Below are positions 13,841-30,587 of a stretch of DNA of 64,000 nt, piece by piece. The position numbers and the translations under genes are program-made. Source of the DNA: the human T2T-CHM13v2.0 reference genome, Homo sapiens. Below the pieces are notes generated by a model, which was not told the origin of the DNA, ran no database searches, and worked only from the letters and a program-made list of their open reading frames with translations. Location: assembly GCF_009914755.1 (NCBI RefSeq), contig NC_060937.1. One strand, written 5' to 3'. The first letter of the stretch is position 1; every line of letters starts with the position of its first letter.

Positions 13841-16224
13841 TCAAATACACAAAGTATGTATTATATACTGTACATAAAATAGCAAAGTTCCCAAAATATG
13901 TATTATATACTGTACATAAAATATGAAAGTACCCAACCATTTATAATAAACTCTACATAAAATACCAAAGTACCCAAACTGTGTATTATATACTGTACAT
14001 AAAATATCAAAGGACCCAAAATATATATTGTAAACTCTACATAAAATATCAAAGTAGCCAAAATACATATTGTATACTGTACATAAAATATAAAAGTACC
14101 CCAAATATATATTATATACTGTACATAAAATATCAAAGTACCCATAATACATATTATATACTGTACATAAAATATCAAAGGACCCAAAATAAACATTATA
14201 TACTGTACATAAAATATCCAAATACTCAAAATATATATTACATACTGTACATAAAATATCAAAGTACCCAAATTATGTATTATATACTGTACGTAAAATA
14301 TCAGAGTACCCAAAATATGCATTATATACTGTACATAAAATATGAAGGTACATCAAATATATAGTATATGCTGCACATAAAATATCAAAGTACCCAAAGT
14401 ATGTATTATATACTGTACATAAAATATCAAAGTACCAAAAGTATATATTACCTACTGTAAATAAAATATGAAGATACCTCAAATATATATTATATTCTGT
14501 ACATAAAATATCAAAGTACACCAAGTATATACTATATACTCTACATAAAATATTAAATTACCGAAAATATGTATTGTATTGTGTACATAAAATATGAAAG
14601 TAACCAAACATTTATAATAAACTGTACATAAAATATCAAAGTACTCAAACTTTATATTATATACTGTACATAAAGTATCAAAGTACCCAAACTGTGTAGT
14701 ATATACTGTACATGAAATATCAAGGTACCCAAAATGTATATTGTAAACTGTAGATAAAATATCAAAGTACCCAAAATATATATTATATACTGTACATAAA
14801 ATATGAAGGCACATCCAATATATATTATATTCTGTACATAAAATATCAAAGTACACCAAATGTATATTATATACTGTACATAAAATATAAAACTACCCCA
14901 AATATATCTTATATACTCTACATAAAATATCAAAGTACCCAAAATATATATTATATACTGTACATAATATATCAAAGTACCCATAGTATGTATTATATAC
15001 TGTACATAAAATATGAAGGTACATCAAATATATATTCTATTCTGCACATAAAATATCATATTGCACCAAATATATATTGTATACTGTATATAAAATATGA
15101 AGGTACTTCAAATATATATTATATGCTGCACATAAAATATCAAAGTACCCAAAGTATGCATTATATACTGTACATAAAATATCAAAGTACCCAAAGTGTA
15201 TATTATATACTGTACATAAAATATGAAGGTTCATCTAATATATTTTATATTCTGCACATAATATATCAAAGTACAGCAAATATATATTATATATTGTACA
15301 TAAAATAACAAAGTACCAAAAATATGTATTATATACTGTACATAAAATATGAAAGTAACCAAATATTTATAATAAACTGTATATAAAATATCAAAGTACT
15401 CAAACTACATATTATATACAGTATATAAAATATCAAAGTACCCAAACTATATATTATATACTGTACATACTATATCAAAGTACCCAAATATATAGCATAC
15501 TGTCCATAAAATATCGAAGTACCCAAAATATATATTGTATACTGTACATAAAATATGAAGGTACATCAAAGATATATTATATCCTGTACATAAAATATCA
15601 AAGTACACCAAATATATATTATATGCTGTACATAATATATTAAAGTCGACCAAATATATATTATATACTGTACATAAAATATGAAGGTACCTCAACTATA
15701 TATTATATGCTGCACATAAAATATCAAAGTACCCAAAGTATGTATTATATACTGTACATAAAATATCAAAGTACCCAAAGTATATATTATATACTGTACA
15801 TAAAATATAAAATACCCCAAATATATATTATATGCTGTACATAAAATATCAAAGTACACAAAATATGTATTATGTACTGTACATACAATATAAAGGACCC
15901 AAAATATATACTATATACTGTACATAAAATATCAAAATACCCAAAATATATATTATATACTGTACATAAAGTACCAAAGTACCCAAAGTATATATTATAT
16001 ACCGTACAAAAAATATCAAAGTAGCCAAAATATGTATTATACACTGTACATAATATATGAAAGTACCCAAACATTTATAATAAACTGTACATAAAATATC
16101 AATGTACTCAAACTATGTATTATGTGCGGTACATAACATATCAAAGTACCCATACTATATAGTATGTACTGTACTTAAAATATCAAAATACCCAAAATAT
16201 ATATTATATACGTTACATAAACTA
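13841..16224 (+). repeat. HOR variant 2,384 bp
   Basis: Landmark spacing; near-identical to 1726-4109 at offset 12,115. Confidence 0.85.
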
Positions 16225-19200
16225 TCAAATACACAAAGTATGTATTATATACTGCACATAAAATAGCAAAGTTCCCAAAATATGTATTATATACTGTACA
16301 TAAAATATGAAAGTACCCAACCATTTATAATAAACTCTACATAAAATACCAAAGTACCCAAACTGTGTATTATATACTGTCCATAAAATATCAAAGTACC
16401 CAAAATATATATTGTAAACTGTACATAAAATATCAAAGTAGCCAAAATACATATTGTATACTGTACATAAAATATGAAAGTACCCCAAATATGTATTATA
16501 TACTGTACATAAAATATCAAAGTACCCATAATACATATTATATACTGTACATAAAATATCAAAGGACCCAAAATAAACATTATATACTGTACATAAAATA
16601 TCCAAATACTCAAAATATATATTACGTACTGTACATAAAATATCAAAGTACCCAAATTATGTATTATATACTGTACGTAAAATATCAGAGTACCCAAAAT
16701 ATGCGTTATATACTGTACATAAAATATGAACGTAACAAAACATTTATAATAAACTGTACATAAAATATCAAAGTACTCAAACTATATATCATATACTGTA
16801 CATAAAATATCAAAGTACCCAAACTGTGTATTATTATATACTGTATATAAAATATCAAAGTACCTGAAATATATACTGTATACTGTACATAAAATATCAA
16901 AGTACCCAAAATATATACTATATACTGTACATAAAATATGAAGGTACATCAAATATATATTATATCCTGTACATAAAATATCAAACTACACCTATTATAT
17001 ATTGTGTACTGTACATAATATATTAAATCGCCCAAATATATATTGTATACTGTATATAAAATATGAAGGTACTTCAAATATATATTATATGCTGCACATA
17101 AAATATCAAAGTACCCAAAGTATGCATTACATACTGTACATAAAATATCAAAGTACACATATTATCTATTTTATAATGTACATAAAATATGAAGGTTCAT
17201 CAAATATATATTATATTCTGTACATAATATATCAAAGTACATCAAATATATATTATATACTGTACATAAAATATCAAAGTACCAAAAATATGTATTATAT
17301 ACTGTACATAAAACATGAAAGTAACCAAACATTTATAATAAACTGTACTTAAAATATCAAAGTACTCAATCTACATATTATATACAGTATATAAAATATC
17401 AAAGTACACAAACTGTATATTATATACTGTACATAATATATCAAAGTACCCAGAATATATAGCATACTGTACTTAAAATATCAAAGTACCCAAAATATAT
17501 ATTGTATACTGTACATAAAATATGAAGGTACATCAAAGATATATTATATTCTGTACATAAAATATCAAAGTACACCAAATATATATTATATGCTGTACAT
17601 AATATATTAAAGTTGCCCATATATACATTATATACTGTACATAAAATATGAACGTACATCAAATATATAGTATATGCTGCACATAAAATATCAAAGTACC
17701 CAAAGTATGTATTATACACTGTACATAAAATATCAAAGTACCAAAAGTATATATTACATACTGTAAATAAAATATGAAGGTACCTCAAATATATATTATA
17801 TTCTGTACATAAAATATCAAAGTACACCAAGTATATACTATATACTCTGCATAAAATATTAAATTACCCAAAATATGTATTGCATTGTGTACATAAAATA
17901 TGAAAGTAACCAAACATTTATAATAAACTGTACATAAAATATCAAAGTACTCAAACTGTATATTATATACTGTACATAAAGTATCAAAGTACCCAAACTG
18001 TGTAGTATATACTGTACATAAAATATCAAGGTACCCAAAATATATATTGTAAACTGTAGATAAAATATCAAAGTACCCAAAATATATATTATATACTGTA
18101 CATAAAATATGAAGGCACATCCAATATATATTATATTCTGTACATAAAATATCAAAGTACACCAAATGTATATTATATACTGTACATAAAATATCAAAGT
18201 ACCCAAAGTGTATATTATATACTGTACATAAACTATGAAGGTTCATCAAATATATTTTATATTCTGCACATAATATATCAAAGTACAGCAAATATATATT
18301 ATATACTGTACATAAAATATCAAAGTACCCAAAATATGTATTATATACTGTACATAAAATATGAAAGTAACCAAACATTTATAATAAACTGTACATAAAG
18401 TATCAAAGTACTCAAACTACATATTATATACAGTATATAAAATGTCAAAGTACCCAAACTGTATATTATATACTGTACATAATATATCAAAGTACCCGAA
18501 TATATAGCATACTGTACATAAAATATCAAAGTACCCAAAGTGTGTATTATACACTGCACATAAAATATGAAGGTACATAAAATATATATTGTATTCTGTA
18601 CATAAAATATCAAAGTACTCCAAATATATATTATATGCTGTACATAATATATTAAAGTCGCCCAAATATATATTATATACTGTACATAAAATATGAAGGT
18701 ACATCAAATATATATTATATGCTGCACATAAAATATCAAAGTACCCAAAGTATGTGTTATATACTGTACATAAAATATCAAAGTACCCAAAGTATATATT
18801 ATATACTGTACATAAAATATAAAATACCCCAAATATATATTATATGCTGTACATAAAATATCAAAGTACACAAAATATGTATTATATACTGTACATAAAA
18901 TACCAAAGGACCCAAAATATATATTATATACTGTACATAAAATATCAAAATACCCGAAATATATATTATATACTGTACATAAAATACCAAAGTACCCAAA
19001 GTATATATTATATACCGTACAAAAAATATCAAAGTAGCCAAAATATGTATTATACACTGTACATAATATATGAAAGTACCCAAACATTTATAATAAACTG
19101 TACATAAAATATCAATGTACTCAAACTATATATTATGTGCGGTACATAAGATATCAAAGTACCCATACTATATAGTATATACTGTACTTAAAATATCAAA

Positions 19201-19237
19201 ATACCCAAAATATATATTATATACGTTACATAAACTA
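16225..19237 (+). repeat. Canonical 3,013-bp HOR (72 monomers)
   Basis: Landmarks at 16225 and 19238; sub-block lengths 419+589+585+461+709+250 = 3013. Confidence 0.9.
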
Positions 19238-22200
19238 TCAAATACACAAAGTATGTATTATATACTGTACATAAAATAGCAAAGTTCCCAAAATATGTAT
19301 TATATATATTATAAATATGTACATAAAATATGAAAGTACCCAACCATTTATAATAAACTCTACATAAAACACCAAAGTACCCAAACTGTGTATTATATAC
19401 TGTCCATAAAATATCAAAGTACCCAAAATATATATTGTAAACTCTACATAAAATATCAAAGTAGCCAAAATACATATTGTATACTGTACATAAAATATAA
19501 AAGTACCCCAAATATATATTATATACTGTACATAAAATATCAAAGTACCCATAATACATATTATATACTGTACATAAAATATCAAAGGACCCAAAATAAA
19601 CATTATATACTGTACATAAAATATCCAAATACTCAAAATATATATTACATACTGTACATAAAATATCAAAGTACCCAAATTATGTATTATATACTGTACG
19701 TAAAATATCAGAGTACCCAAAATATGCATTATATACTGTACATAAAATATGAAAGTAACAAAACATTTATAATAAACTGTACATAAAATATCAAAGTACT
19801 CAAACTATATATCATATACTGTACATAAAATATCAAAGTACCCAAACTGTGTATTATTATATACTGTATATAAAATATCAAAGTACCTGAAATATATATT
19901 GTATACTGTACATAAAATATCAAAGTACACAAAATATATACTATATACTGTACATAAAATATGAAGGTACATCAAATATATATTATATCCTGTACATAAA
20001 ATATCAAAGTACACCTATTATATATTGTTTACTGTACATAATATATTAAATCGCCCAAATATATATTGTATACTGTATATAAAATATGAAGGTACTTCAA
20101 ATATATATTATATGCTGCACATAAAATATCAAAGTACCCAAGGTATGCATTACATACTGTACATAAAATATTAAAGTACACAAATTATATATTATATACT
20201 GTACATAAAATATGTAGGTTCATCAAATATATTTTATATTCTGTACATAATATATCAAAGTACATCAAATATATATTATATACGGTACATAAAATATCAA
20301 ATTACCCAAAATATGCATTATTTACTGTACATAAAATATGAAAGTAACCAAACATTTATAATAAACTGTACATAAATTATCAAAGTACTCAATCTACATA
20401 TTATATACAGTATATAAAATATCAAAGTACACAAACTGTATATTATATACTGTACATAATATGTCAAAGTACCCAGAATATATAGCATACTGTACATACA
20501 ATATCAAAGTACCCAGAATGTATATTGTATACTGTACATAAAATATGAAGGTACATCAAAGATATATTATATTCTGTACATAAAATATCAAAGTACACCA
20601 AATATATATTATATGCTGTACATAATATATTAAAGTTGCCCATGTATACATTTTATACTGTACATAAAATATGAAGGTACATCAAATATATACTATATGC
20701 TGCACATAAAATATCAAAGTATCCAAAGTATGTATTATATACTGTACATAAAATATCAAAGTACCAAAAGTATATATTACCTACTGTAAATAAAATATGA
20801 AGGTACCTCAAATATATATTATATTCTGTACATGAAATATCAAAGTACACCAAGTATATACTATATACTCTACATAAAATATTAAATTACCCAAAATATG
20901 TATTGTATTGTGTACATAAATTATGAAAGTAACCAAACATTTATAATAAACTGTACATAAAATATCAAAGTACTCAAACTGTATATTATATACTGTACAT
21001 AAAGTATCAAAGTACCCAAACTGTGTAGTATATACTGTACATAAAATATCAAGGTACCCAAAATATATATTGTAAACTGTAGATAAAATATCAAAATACC
21101 CAAACTATATATTATATACTGTACATAAAATATGAAGGCACATCAAATATATATTATATTCTGTACATGAAATATCAAAGTACACCAAATGTATATTATA
21201 TACTGTACATAAAATATCAAAGTACCCAAAGTGTATATTATATACTGTACATAAAATATGAAGGTTCATCAAATATATTTTATATTCTGCACATAATATA
21301 TCAAAGTACAGCGAATATATATTATATACTGTACATAAAATATCAAAGTACCCAAAATATGTATTATATACTGTACATAAAATATGAAAGTAACCAAACA
21401 TTTATAATAAACTGTACATAAAGTAACAAAGTACTCAAACTACATATTATATACAGTATATAAAATGTCAAAGTATCCAAACTGTATATTATATACTGTA
21501 CATAATATATCAAAGTACCCGAATATATAGCATACTGTACATAAAATATCAAAGTACCCAAAGTGTGTATTATACACTGCACATAAAATATGAAGGTACA
21601 TAAAATATATATTGTATTCTGTACATAAAATATCAAAGTACTCCAAATATATATTATATGCTGTACATAATATATTAAAGTCGCCCAAATATATATTATA
21701 TACTGTACATAAAATATGAAGGTACATCAAATATATATTATATGCTGCACATAAAATATCAAAGTACCCAAAGTATGTGTTATATACTGTACATAAAATA
21801 TCAAAGTACCCAAAGTATATATTATATACTGTACATAAAATATAAAATACCCCAAATATATATTATATGCTGTACATAAAATATGAAAGTACACAAAATA
21901 TGTATTATATACTGTACATAAAATACCAAAGGACCCAAAATATATATTATATACTGTACATAAAATATCAAAATACCCAAAATATATATTATATACTGTA
22001 CATAAAATACCAAAGTACCCAAAGTATATATTATATACTGTACAAAAAATATCAAAGTAGCCAAAATATGTATTATACACTGTACATAATATATGAAAGT
22101 ACCCAAACATTTATAATAAACTGTACATAAAATATCAATGTACTCAAACTATATATTATGTGCGCTACATAAGATATCAAAGTACCCATACTATATAGTA

Positions 22201-22260
22201 TATACTGTACTTAAAATATCAAAATACCCAAAATATATATTATATACGTTACATAAACTA
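19238..22260 (+). repeat. HOR 3,023 bp (canonical plus net 10-bp insertion)
   Basis: Insertion at 19307-19317. Confidence 0.88.
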
Positions 22261-24895
22261 TCAAATACACAAAGTATGTATTATATACTGTACATAAAAT
22301 AGCAAAGTTCCCAAAATATGTATTATATACTGTACATAAAATATGAAAGTACCCAACCATTTATAATAAAGTCTACATAAAATACCAAAGTACCCAAACT
22401 GTGTATTATATACTGTCCATAAAATATCAAAGGACCCAAAATATATATCGTAAACTCTACATAAAATATCAAAGTAGCCAAAATACATATTGTATACTGT
22501 ACATAAAATATAAAAGTACCCCAAATATATATTATATACTGTACATAAAATATCAAAGTACCGATAATACATATTATATACTGTACATAAAATATCAAAG
22601 GACCCAAAATAAACATTATATACTATACATAAAATATCCAAATACTCAAAATATATATTACATACTGTACATAAAATATCAAAGTACCCAAATTATGTAT
22701 TATATACTGTACGTAAAATATCAGAGTACCCAAAATATGCATTATATACTGTACATAAAATATGAAAGTAACAAAACATTTATAATAAACTGTACATAAA
22801 ATATCAAAGTACTCAAACTATATATCATATACTGTACATAAAATATCAAAGTACCCAAACTGTGTATTATTATATACTGTATATAAAATATCAAAGTACC
22901 TGAAATATATATTGTATACTGTACATAAAATATCAAAGTACCCAAAATATATACTATATACTGTACATAAAATATGAAGGTACATAAATATATATTATAT
23001 CCTGTACATAAAATATCAAAGTACACCTATTATATATTGTGTACTGTACATAATATATTAAATCGCCCAAATATATATTGTATACTGTATATAAAATATG
23101 AAGGTACTTCAAATATATATTATATGCTGCACATAAAATATCAAAGTACCCAAGGTATGCATTACATACTGTACATAAAATATCAAAGTACACATATTAT
23201 ATATTATATAATATACATAAAATATGAAGGTTCATCAAATATATATTATATTCTGTACATAATATATCAAAGTACATCAAATATATATTATATACTGTAC
23301 ATAAAATATCAAAGTACCAAAAATATGTATTATATACTGTACATAAAATATGAAAGTAACCAAACATTTATAATATACTGTACATAAAATATCAAAGTAC
23401 TCAGTCTACATATTATATACAGTATATAAAATATCAAAGTACACACACTGTATATTATATACTGTACATAATATATCAAAGTACCCAGAATATATAGCAT
23501 ACTGTACATAAAATATCAAAGTACCCGAAATATATATGGTATACTGTACATAAAATATGAAGGTACATCAAAGATATATTATATTCTGTACATAAAATAT
23601 CAAACTACACCAAATATATATTATATGCTGTACATAATATATTAAAGTTGCCCAAATATACATTCTATACTGTACATAAAATATGAACGTACATCAAATA
23701 TATAGTATATGCTGCACATAAAATATCAAAGTACCCAAAGTATGTATTATACACTGTACATAAAATATCAAAGTACCAAAAGTATATATTACATACTGTA
23801 AATAAAATATGAAGGTACCTCAAATATATATTATATTCTGTACATAAAATATCAAAGTACACCAAGTATATACTATATACTCTGCATAAAATATTAAATT
23901 ACCCACAATATGTATTGTATTGTGTACATAAAATATGAAAGTAACCAAACATTTATAATAAACTGTACATAAAATATCAAAGTACTCAAACTGTATATTA
24001 TATACTGTACATAAAGTATCAAAGTACCCAAACTGTGTAGTATATTCTGTACATAAAATATCAAGGTACCCAAAATATATATTGTAAACTGTAGATAAAA
24101 TATCAAAGTACCCAAAATATATATTATATACTGTACATAAAATATGAAGGCACATCCAATATATATTATATTCTGTACATAAAATATCAAAGTACACCAA
24201 ATGTATATTATATACTGTACATAAAATATCAAAGTACCCAAAGTGTATATTATATACTGTACATAAAATATGAAGGTTCATCAAATATATTTTATATTCT
24301 GCACATAATATATCAAAGTACAGCAAATATATATTATATACTGTACATAAAATATCAAAGTACCCAAAATATGTATTATATACTGTACATAAAATATGAA
24401 AGTAACCAAACATTTATAATAAACTGTACATAAAGTATCAAACTACTCAAACTACATATTATATACAGTATATAAAACGTCAAAGTACCCAAACTGTATA
24501 TTATATACTGTACATAATATATCAAAGTACCCAAATATATAGCATACTGTACATAAAATATCAAAGTACCCAAAATATATATTATATACTGTACATAAAA
24601 TATCAAAATACCCAAAATATATATTATATACTGTACATAAATTACCAAAGTACCCAAAGTATATATTATGTACCGTACAAAAAATATCAAAGTAGTCAAA
24701 ATATGTATTATACACTGTACTTAATATATGAAAGTACCCAAACATTTATAATAAACTGTAAATAAAATATCAATGTACTCAAACTATATATTATGTGCGG
24801 TACATAAGATATCAAAGTACCCATGCTATATAGTATATACTGTACTTAAAATATCAAAATACCCAAAATATATATTATATACGTTACATAAACTA
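22261..24895 (+). repeat. HOR variant 2,635 bp (63 monomers; -377, -1)
   Basis: Junction monomer 24551-24592; 1-bp deletion near 22985. Confidence 0.85.
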
Positions 24896-27280
24896 TCAAA
24901 TACACAAAGTATGTATTATATACTGTACATAAAATAGCAAAGTTCCCAAAATATGTATTATATACTGTACATAAAATATGAAAGTACCCAACCATTTATA
25001 ATAAACTCTACATAAAATACCAAAGTACCCAAACTGTGTATTATATACTGTCCATAAAATATCAAAGGACCCAAAATATATATTGTAAACTCTACATAAA
25101 ATATCAAAGTAGCCAAAATACATATTGTATACTGTACATAAAATATAAAAGTACCCCAAATATATATTATATACTGTACATAAAATATCAAAGTACCCAT
25201 AATACATATTATATACTGTACATAAAATATCAAAGGACCCAAAATAAACATTATATACTGTACATAAAATATCCAAATACTCAAAATATATATTACATAC
25301 TGTACATAAAATATCAAAGTACCCAAATTATGTATTATATACTGTACGTAAAATATCAGAGTACCCAAAATATGCATTATATACTGTACATAAAATATGA
25401 AGCTACATCAAATATATAGTATATGCTGCACATAAAATATCAAAGTACCCAAAGTATGTATTATATACTGTACATAAAATATCAAAGTACCAAAAGTATA
25501 TATTACCTACTGTAAATAAAATATGAAGATACCTCAAATATATATTATATTCTGTACATAAAATATCAAAGTACACCAAGTATATACTATATACTCTACA
25601 TAAAATATTAAATTACCCAAAATATGTATTGTATTGTGTACATAAAATATGAAAGTAACCAAACATTTATAATAAACTGTACATAAAATATCAAAGTACT
25701 CAAACTTTATATTATATACTGTACATAAAGTATCAAAGTACCCAAACTGTGTAGTATATACTGTACATAAAATATCAAGGTACCCAAAATGTATATTGTA
25801 AACTGTAGATAAAATATCAAAGTACCCAAAATATATATTATATACTGTACATAAAATATGAAGGCACATCCAATATATATTATATTCTGTACATAAAATA
25901 TCAAAGTACACCAAATGTATATTATATACTGTACATAAAATATAAAACTACCCCAAATATATCTTATATACTCTACATAAAATATCAAAGTACCCAAAAT
26001 ATATATTATATACTGTACATAAAATAACAAAGTACCCATAGTATGTATTATATCCTGTACATAAAATATGAAGGTACATCAAATATATATTCTATTCTGC
26101 ACATAAAATATCATATTGCACCAAATATATATTGTATACTGTATATAAAATATGAAGGTACTTCAAATATATATTATATGCTGCACATAAAATATCAAAG
26201 TACCCAAAGTATGCATTATATACTGTACATAAAATATCAAAGTACCCAAAGTGTATATTATATACTGTACATAAAATATGAAGGTTCATCAAATATATTT
26301 TATATTCTGCACATAATATATCAAAGTACAGCGAATATATATTATATACTGTACATAAAATATCAAAGTACCCAAAATATGTATTATATACTGTACATAA
26401 AATATGAAAGTAACCAAACATTTATAATAAACTGTACATAAAGTAACAAAGTACTCAAACTACATATTATATACAGTATATAAAATGTCAAAGTATCCAA
26501 ACTGTATATTATATACTGTACATAATATATCAAAGTACCCGAATATATAGCATACTGTACATAAAATATCAAAGTACCCAAAGTGTGTATTATACACTGC
26601 ACATAAAATATGAAGGTACATAAAATATATATTGTATTCTGTACATAAAATATCAAAGTACTCCAAATATATATTATATGCTGTACATAATATATTAAAG
26701 TCGCCCAAATATATATTATATACTGTACATAAAATATGAAGGTACATCAAATATATATTATATGCTGCACATAAAATATCAAAGTACCCAAAGTATGTGT
26801 TATATACTGTACATAAAATATCAAAGTACCCAAAGTATATATTATATACTGTACATAAAATATAAAATACCCCAAATATATATTATATGCTGTACATAAA
26901 ATATGAAAGTACACAAAATATGTATTATATACTGTACATAAAATACCAAAGGACCCAAAATATATATTATATACTGTACATAAAATATCAAAATACCCAA
27001 AATATATATTATATACTGTACATAAAATACCAAAGTACCCAAAGTATATATTATATACCGTACAAAAAATATCAAAGTAGCCAAAATATGTATTATACAC
27101 TGTACATAATATATGAAAGTACCCAAACATTTATAATAAACTGTACATAAAATATCAATGTACTCAAACTATATATTATGTGCGCTACATAAGATATCAA
27201 AGTACCCATACTATATAGTATATACTGTACTTAAAATATCAAAATACCCAAAATATATATTATATACGTTACATAAACTA
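24896..27280 (+). repeat. HOR variant 2,385 bp (+294, -922)
   Basis: Junction near 25399; cassette at 25933. Confidence 0.85.
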
Positions 27281-30200
27281 TCAAATACACAAAGTATGTA
27301 TTATATACTGTACATAAAATAGCAAAGTTCCCAAAATATGTATTATATACTGTACATAAAATATGAAAGTACCCAACCATTTATAATAAAGTCTACATAA
27401 AATACCAAAGTACCCAAACTGTGTATTATATACTGTCCATAAAATATCAAAGGACCCAAAATATATATCGTAAACTCTACATAAAATATCAAAGTAGCCA
27501 AAATACATATTGTATACTGTACATAAAATATAAAAGTACCCCAAATATATATTATATACTGTACATAAAATATCAAAGTACCCATAATACATATTATATA
27601 CTGTACATAAAATATCAAAGGACCCAAAATAAACATTATATACTGTACATAAAATATCCAAATACTCAAAATATATATTACATACTGTACATAAAATATC
27701 AAAGTACCCAAATTATGTATTATATACTGTACGTAAAATATCAGAGTACCCAAAATATGCATTATATACTGTACATAAAATATGAAAGTAACAAAACATT
27801 TATAATAAACTGTACATAAAATATCAAAGTACTCAAACTATATATCATATACTGTACATAAAATATCAAAGTACCCAAACTGTGTATTATTACATACTGT
27901 ATATAAAATATCAAAGTACCTGAAATATATATTTTATACTGTACATAAAATATCAAAGTACCCAAAATATATACTATATACTGTACATAAAATATGAAGG
28001 TACATCAAATATATATTATATCCTGTACATAAAATATCAAAGTACTCCTATTATATATTGTGTACTGTACATAATATATTAAATCGCCCAAATATATATT
28101 GTATACTGTATATAAAATATGAAGGTACTTCAAATATATATTATATGCTGCACATAAAATATCAAAGTACCCAAAGTATGCATTACATACTGTACATAAA
28201 ATATCAAAGTACACTAATTATATATTATATTCTGTACATAAAATATGTAGGTTCATCAAATATATTTTATATTCTGTACATAATATATCAAAGTACATCA
28301 AATATATATTATATACGGTACATAAAATATCAAAGTACCCAAAATATGTACTATTTACTGTACATAAAATATGAAAGTAACCAAACTTTTATAATAAACT
28401 GTACATAAAATATCAAAGTACTCAATCTACATATTATATACAGTATATAAAATATCAAAGTACACAAACTGTATATTATATACTGTACATAATATATCAA
28501 AGTACCCAGAATATGTAGCATACTGTACATACAATATCAAAGTACCCAGAATGTATATTGTATACTGTACATAAAATATGAAGGTACATCAAAGATATAT
28601 TATATTCTGTACATAAAATATCAAACTACACCAAATATATATTATATGCTGTACATAATATATTAAAGTTGCCCATGTATACATTTTATACTGTACATAA
28701 AATATGAAGGTACATCAAATATATAGTATATGCTGCACATAAAATATCAAAGTACCCAAAGTATGTATTATATACTGTACATAAAATATCAAAGTACCAA
28801 AAGTATATATTACCTACTGTAAATAAAATATGAAGATACCTCAAATATATATTATATTCTGTACATGAAATATCAAAGTACACCAAGTATATAATATATA
28901 CTCTACATAAAATATTAAATTACCCAAAATATGTATTGTATTGTGTACATAAAATATGAAAGTAACCAAACATTTATAATAAACTGTACATAAAATATCA
29001 AAGTACTCAAACTTTATATTATATACTGTACATAAAGTATCAAAGTACCCAAACTGTGTAGTATATACTGTACATAAAATATCAAGGTACCCAAAATGTA
29101 TATTGTAAACTGTAGATAAAATATCAAAGTACCCAAAATATATATTATATACTGTACATAAAATATGAAGGCACATCCAATATATATTATATTCTGTACA
29201 TAAAATATCAAAGTACACCAAATGTATATTATATACTGTACATAAAATATAAAACTTCCCCAAATATATCTTATATACTCTACATAAAATATCAAAGTAC
29301 CCAAAATATATATTATATACTGTACATAATATATCAAAGTACCCATAGTATGTATTATATCCTGTACATAAAATATGAAAGTACGTCAAATATATATTCT
29401 ATTCTGCACATAAAATATCATATTGCACCAAATATATATTGTATACTGTATATAAAATATGAAGGTACTTCAAATATATATTATATGCTGCACATAAAAT
29501 ATCAAAGTACCCAAAGTATGCATTATATACTGTACATAAAATATCAAAGTACCCAAAGTGTATATTATATACTGTACATAAAATATGAAGGTTCATCAAA
29601 TATATTTTATATTCTGCACATAATATATCAAAGTACAGCAAATATATATTATATACTGTACATAAAATAACAAAGTACCAAAAATATGTATTATATACTG
29701 TACATAAAATATGAAAGTAACCAAATATTTATAATAAACTGTATATAAAATATCAAAGTACTCAAACTACATATTATATACAGTATATAAAATATCAAAG
29801 TACCCAAACTGTATATTATATACTGTACATACTATATTAAAGTACCCGAATATATAGCATACTGTACATAAAATATCAAATTACCCAAAATATATATTGT
29901 ATACTGTACATAAAATATGAAGGTACATCAAAGATATATTATATTCTGTACATAAAATATCAAAGTACACCAAATATATATTATATGCTGTACATAATAT
30001 ATTAAAGTCGACCAAATATATATTATATACTGTACATAAAATATGAAGATACATCAAATATATATTATATGCTGCACATAAAATATCAAAGTACCCAAAG
30101 TATGTATTATATACTGTACATAAAATATCAAAGTACCCAAAGTATATATTATATACTGTACATAAAATATAAAATACCCCAAATATATATTATATGCTGT

Positions 30201-30587
30201 ACATAAAATATCAAAGTACACAAAATATGTATTATGTACTGTACATAAAATATCAAAGGATCCAATATATATATTATATAGTGTACATGAAATATCAAAA
30301 TACCCAAAATATATATTATATACTGTACATAAAATACCAAAGTACCCAAAGTATATATTATATACCGTACAAAAAATATCAAAGTAGCCAAAATATGTAT
30401 TATACACTGTACATAATATATGAAAGTACCCAAACATTTATAATAAACTGTACATAAAATATCTATGTACTCAAACTATATATTATGTGCGGTACATAAG
30501 ATATCAAAGTACCCATACTATATAGTATATACTGTATTTAAAATATCAAAATACCCAAAATATATATTATATACGTTACATAAACTA
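27281..30587 (+). repeat. Long HOR 3,307 bp (79 monomers; +294 cassette)
   Basis: Landmark spacing; cassette at 29240. Confidence 0.88.

Noticed and set aside
16725-16740. GAACGTAAC variant at the position of the del922 breakpoint, mimicking GAACGTAC at 17650
   Set aside because: It is a single substitution in one copy. A point mutation cannot be told apart from micro-conversion.
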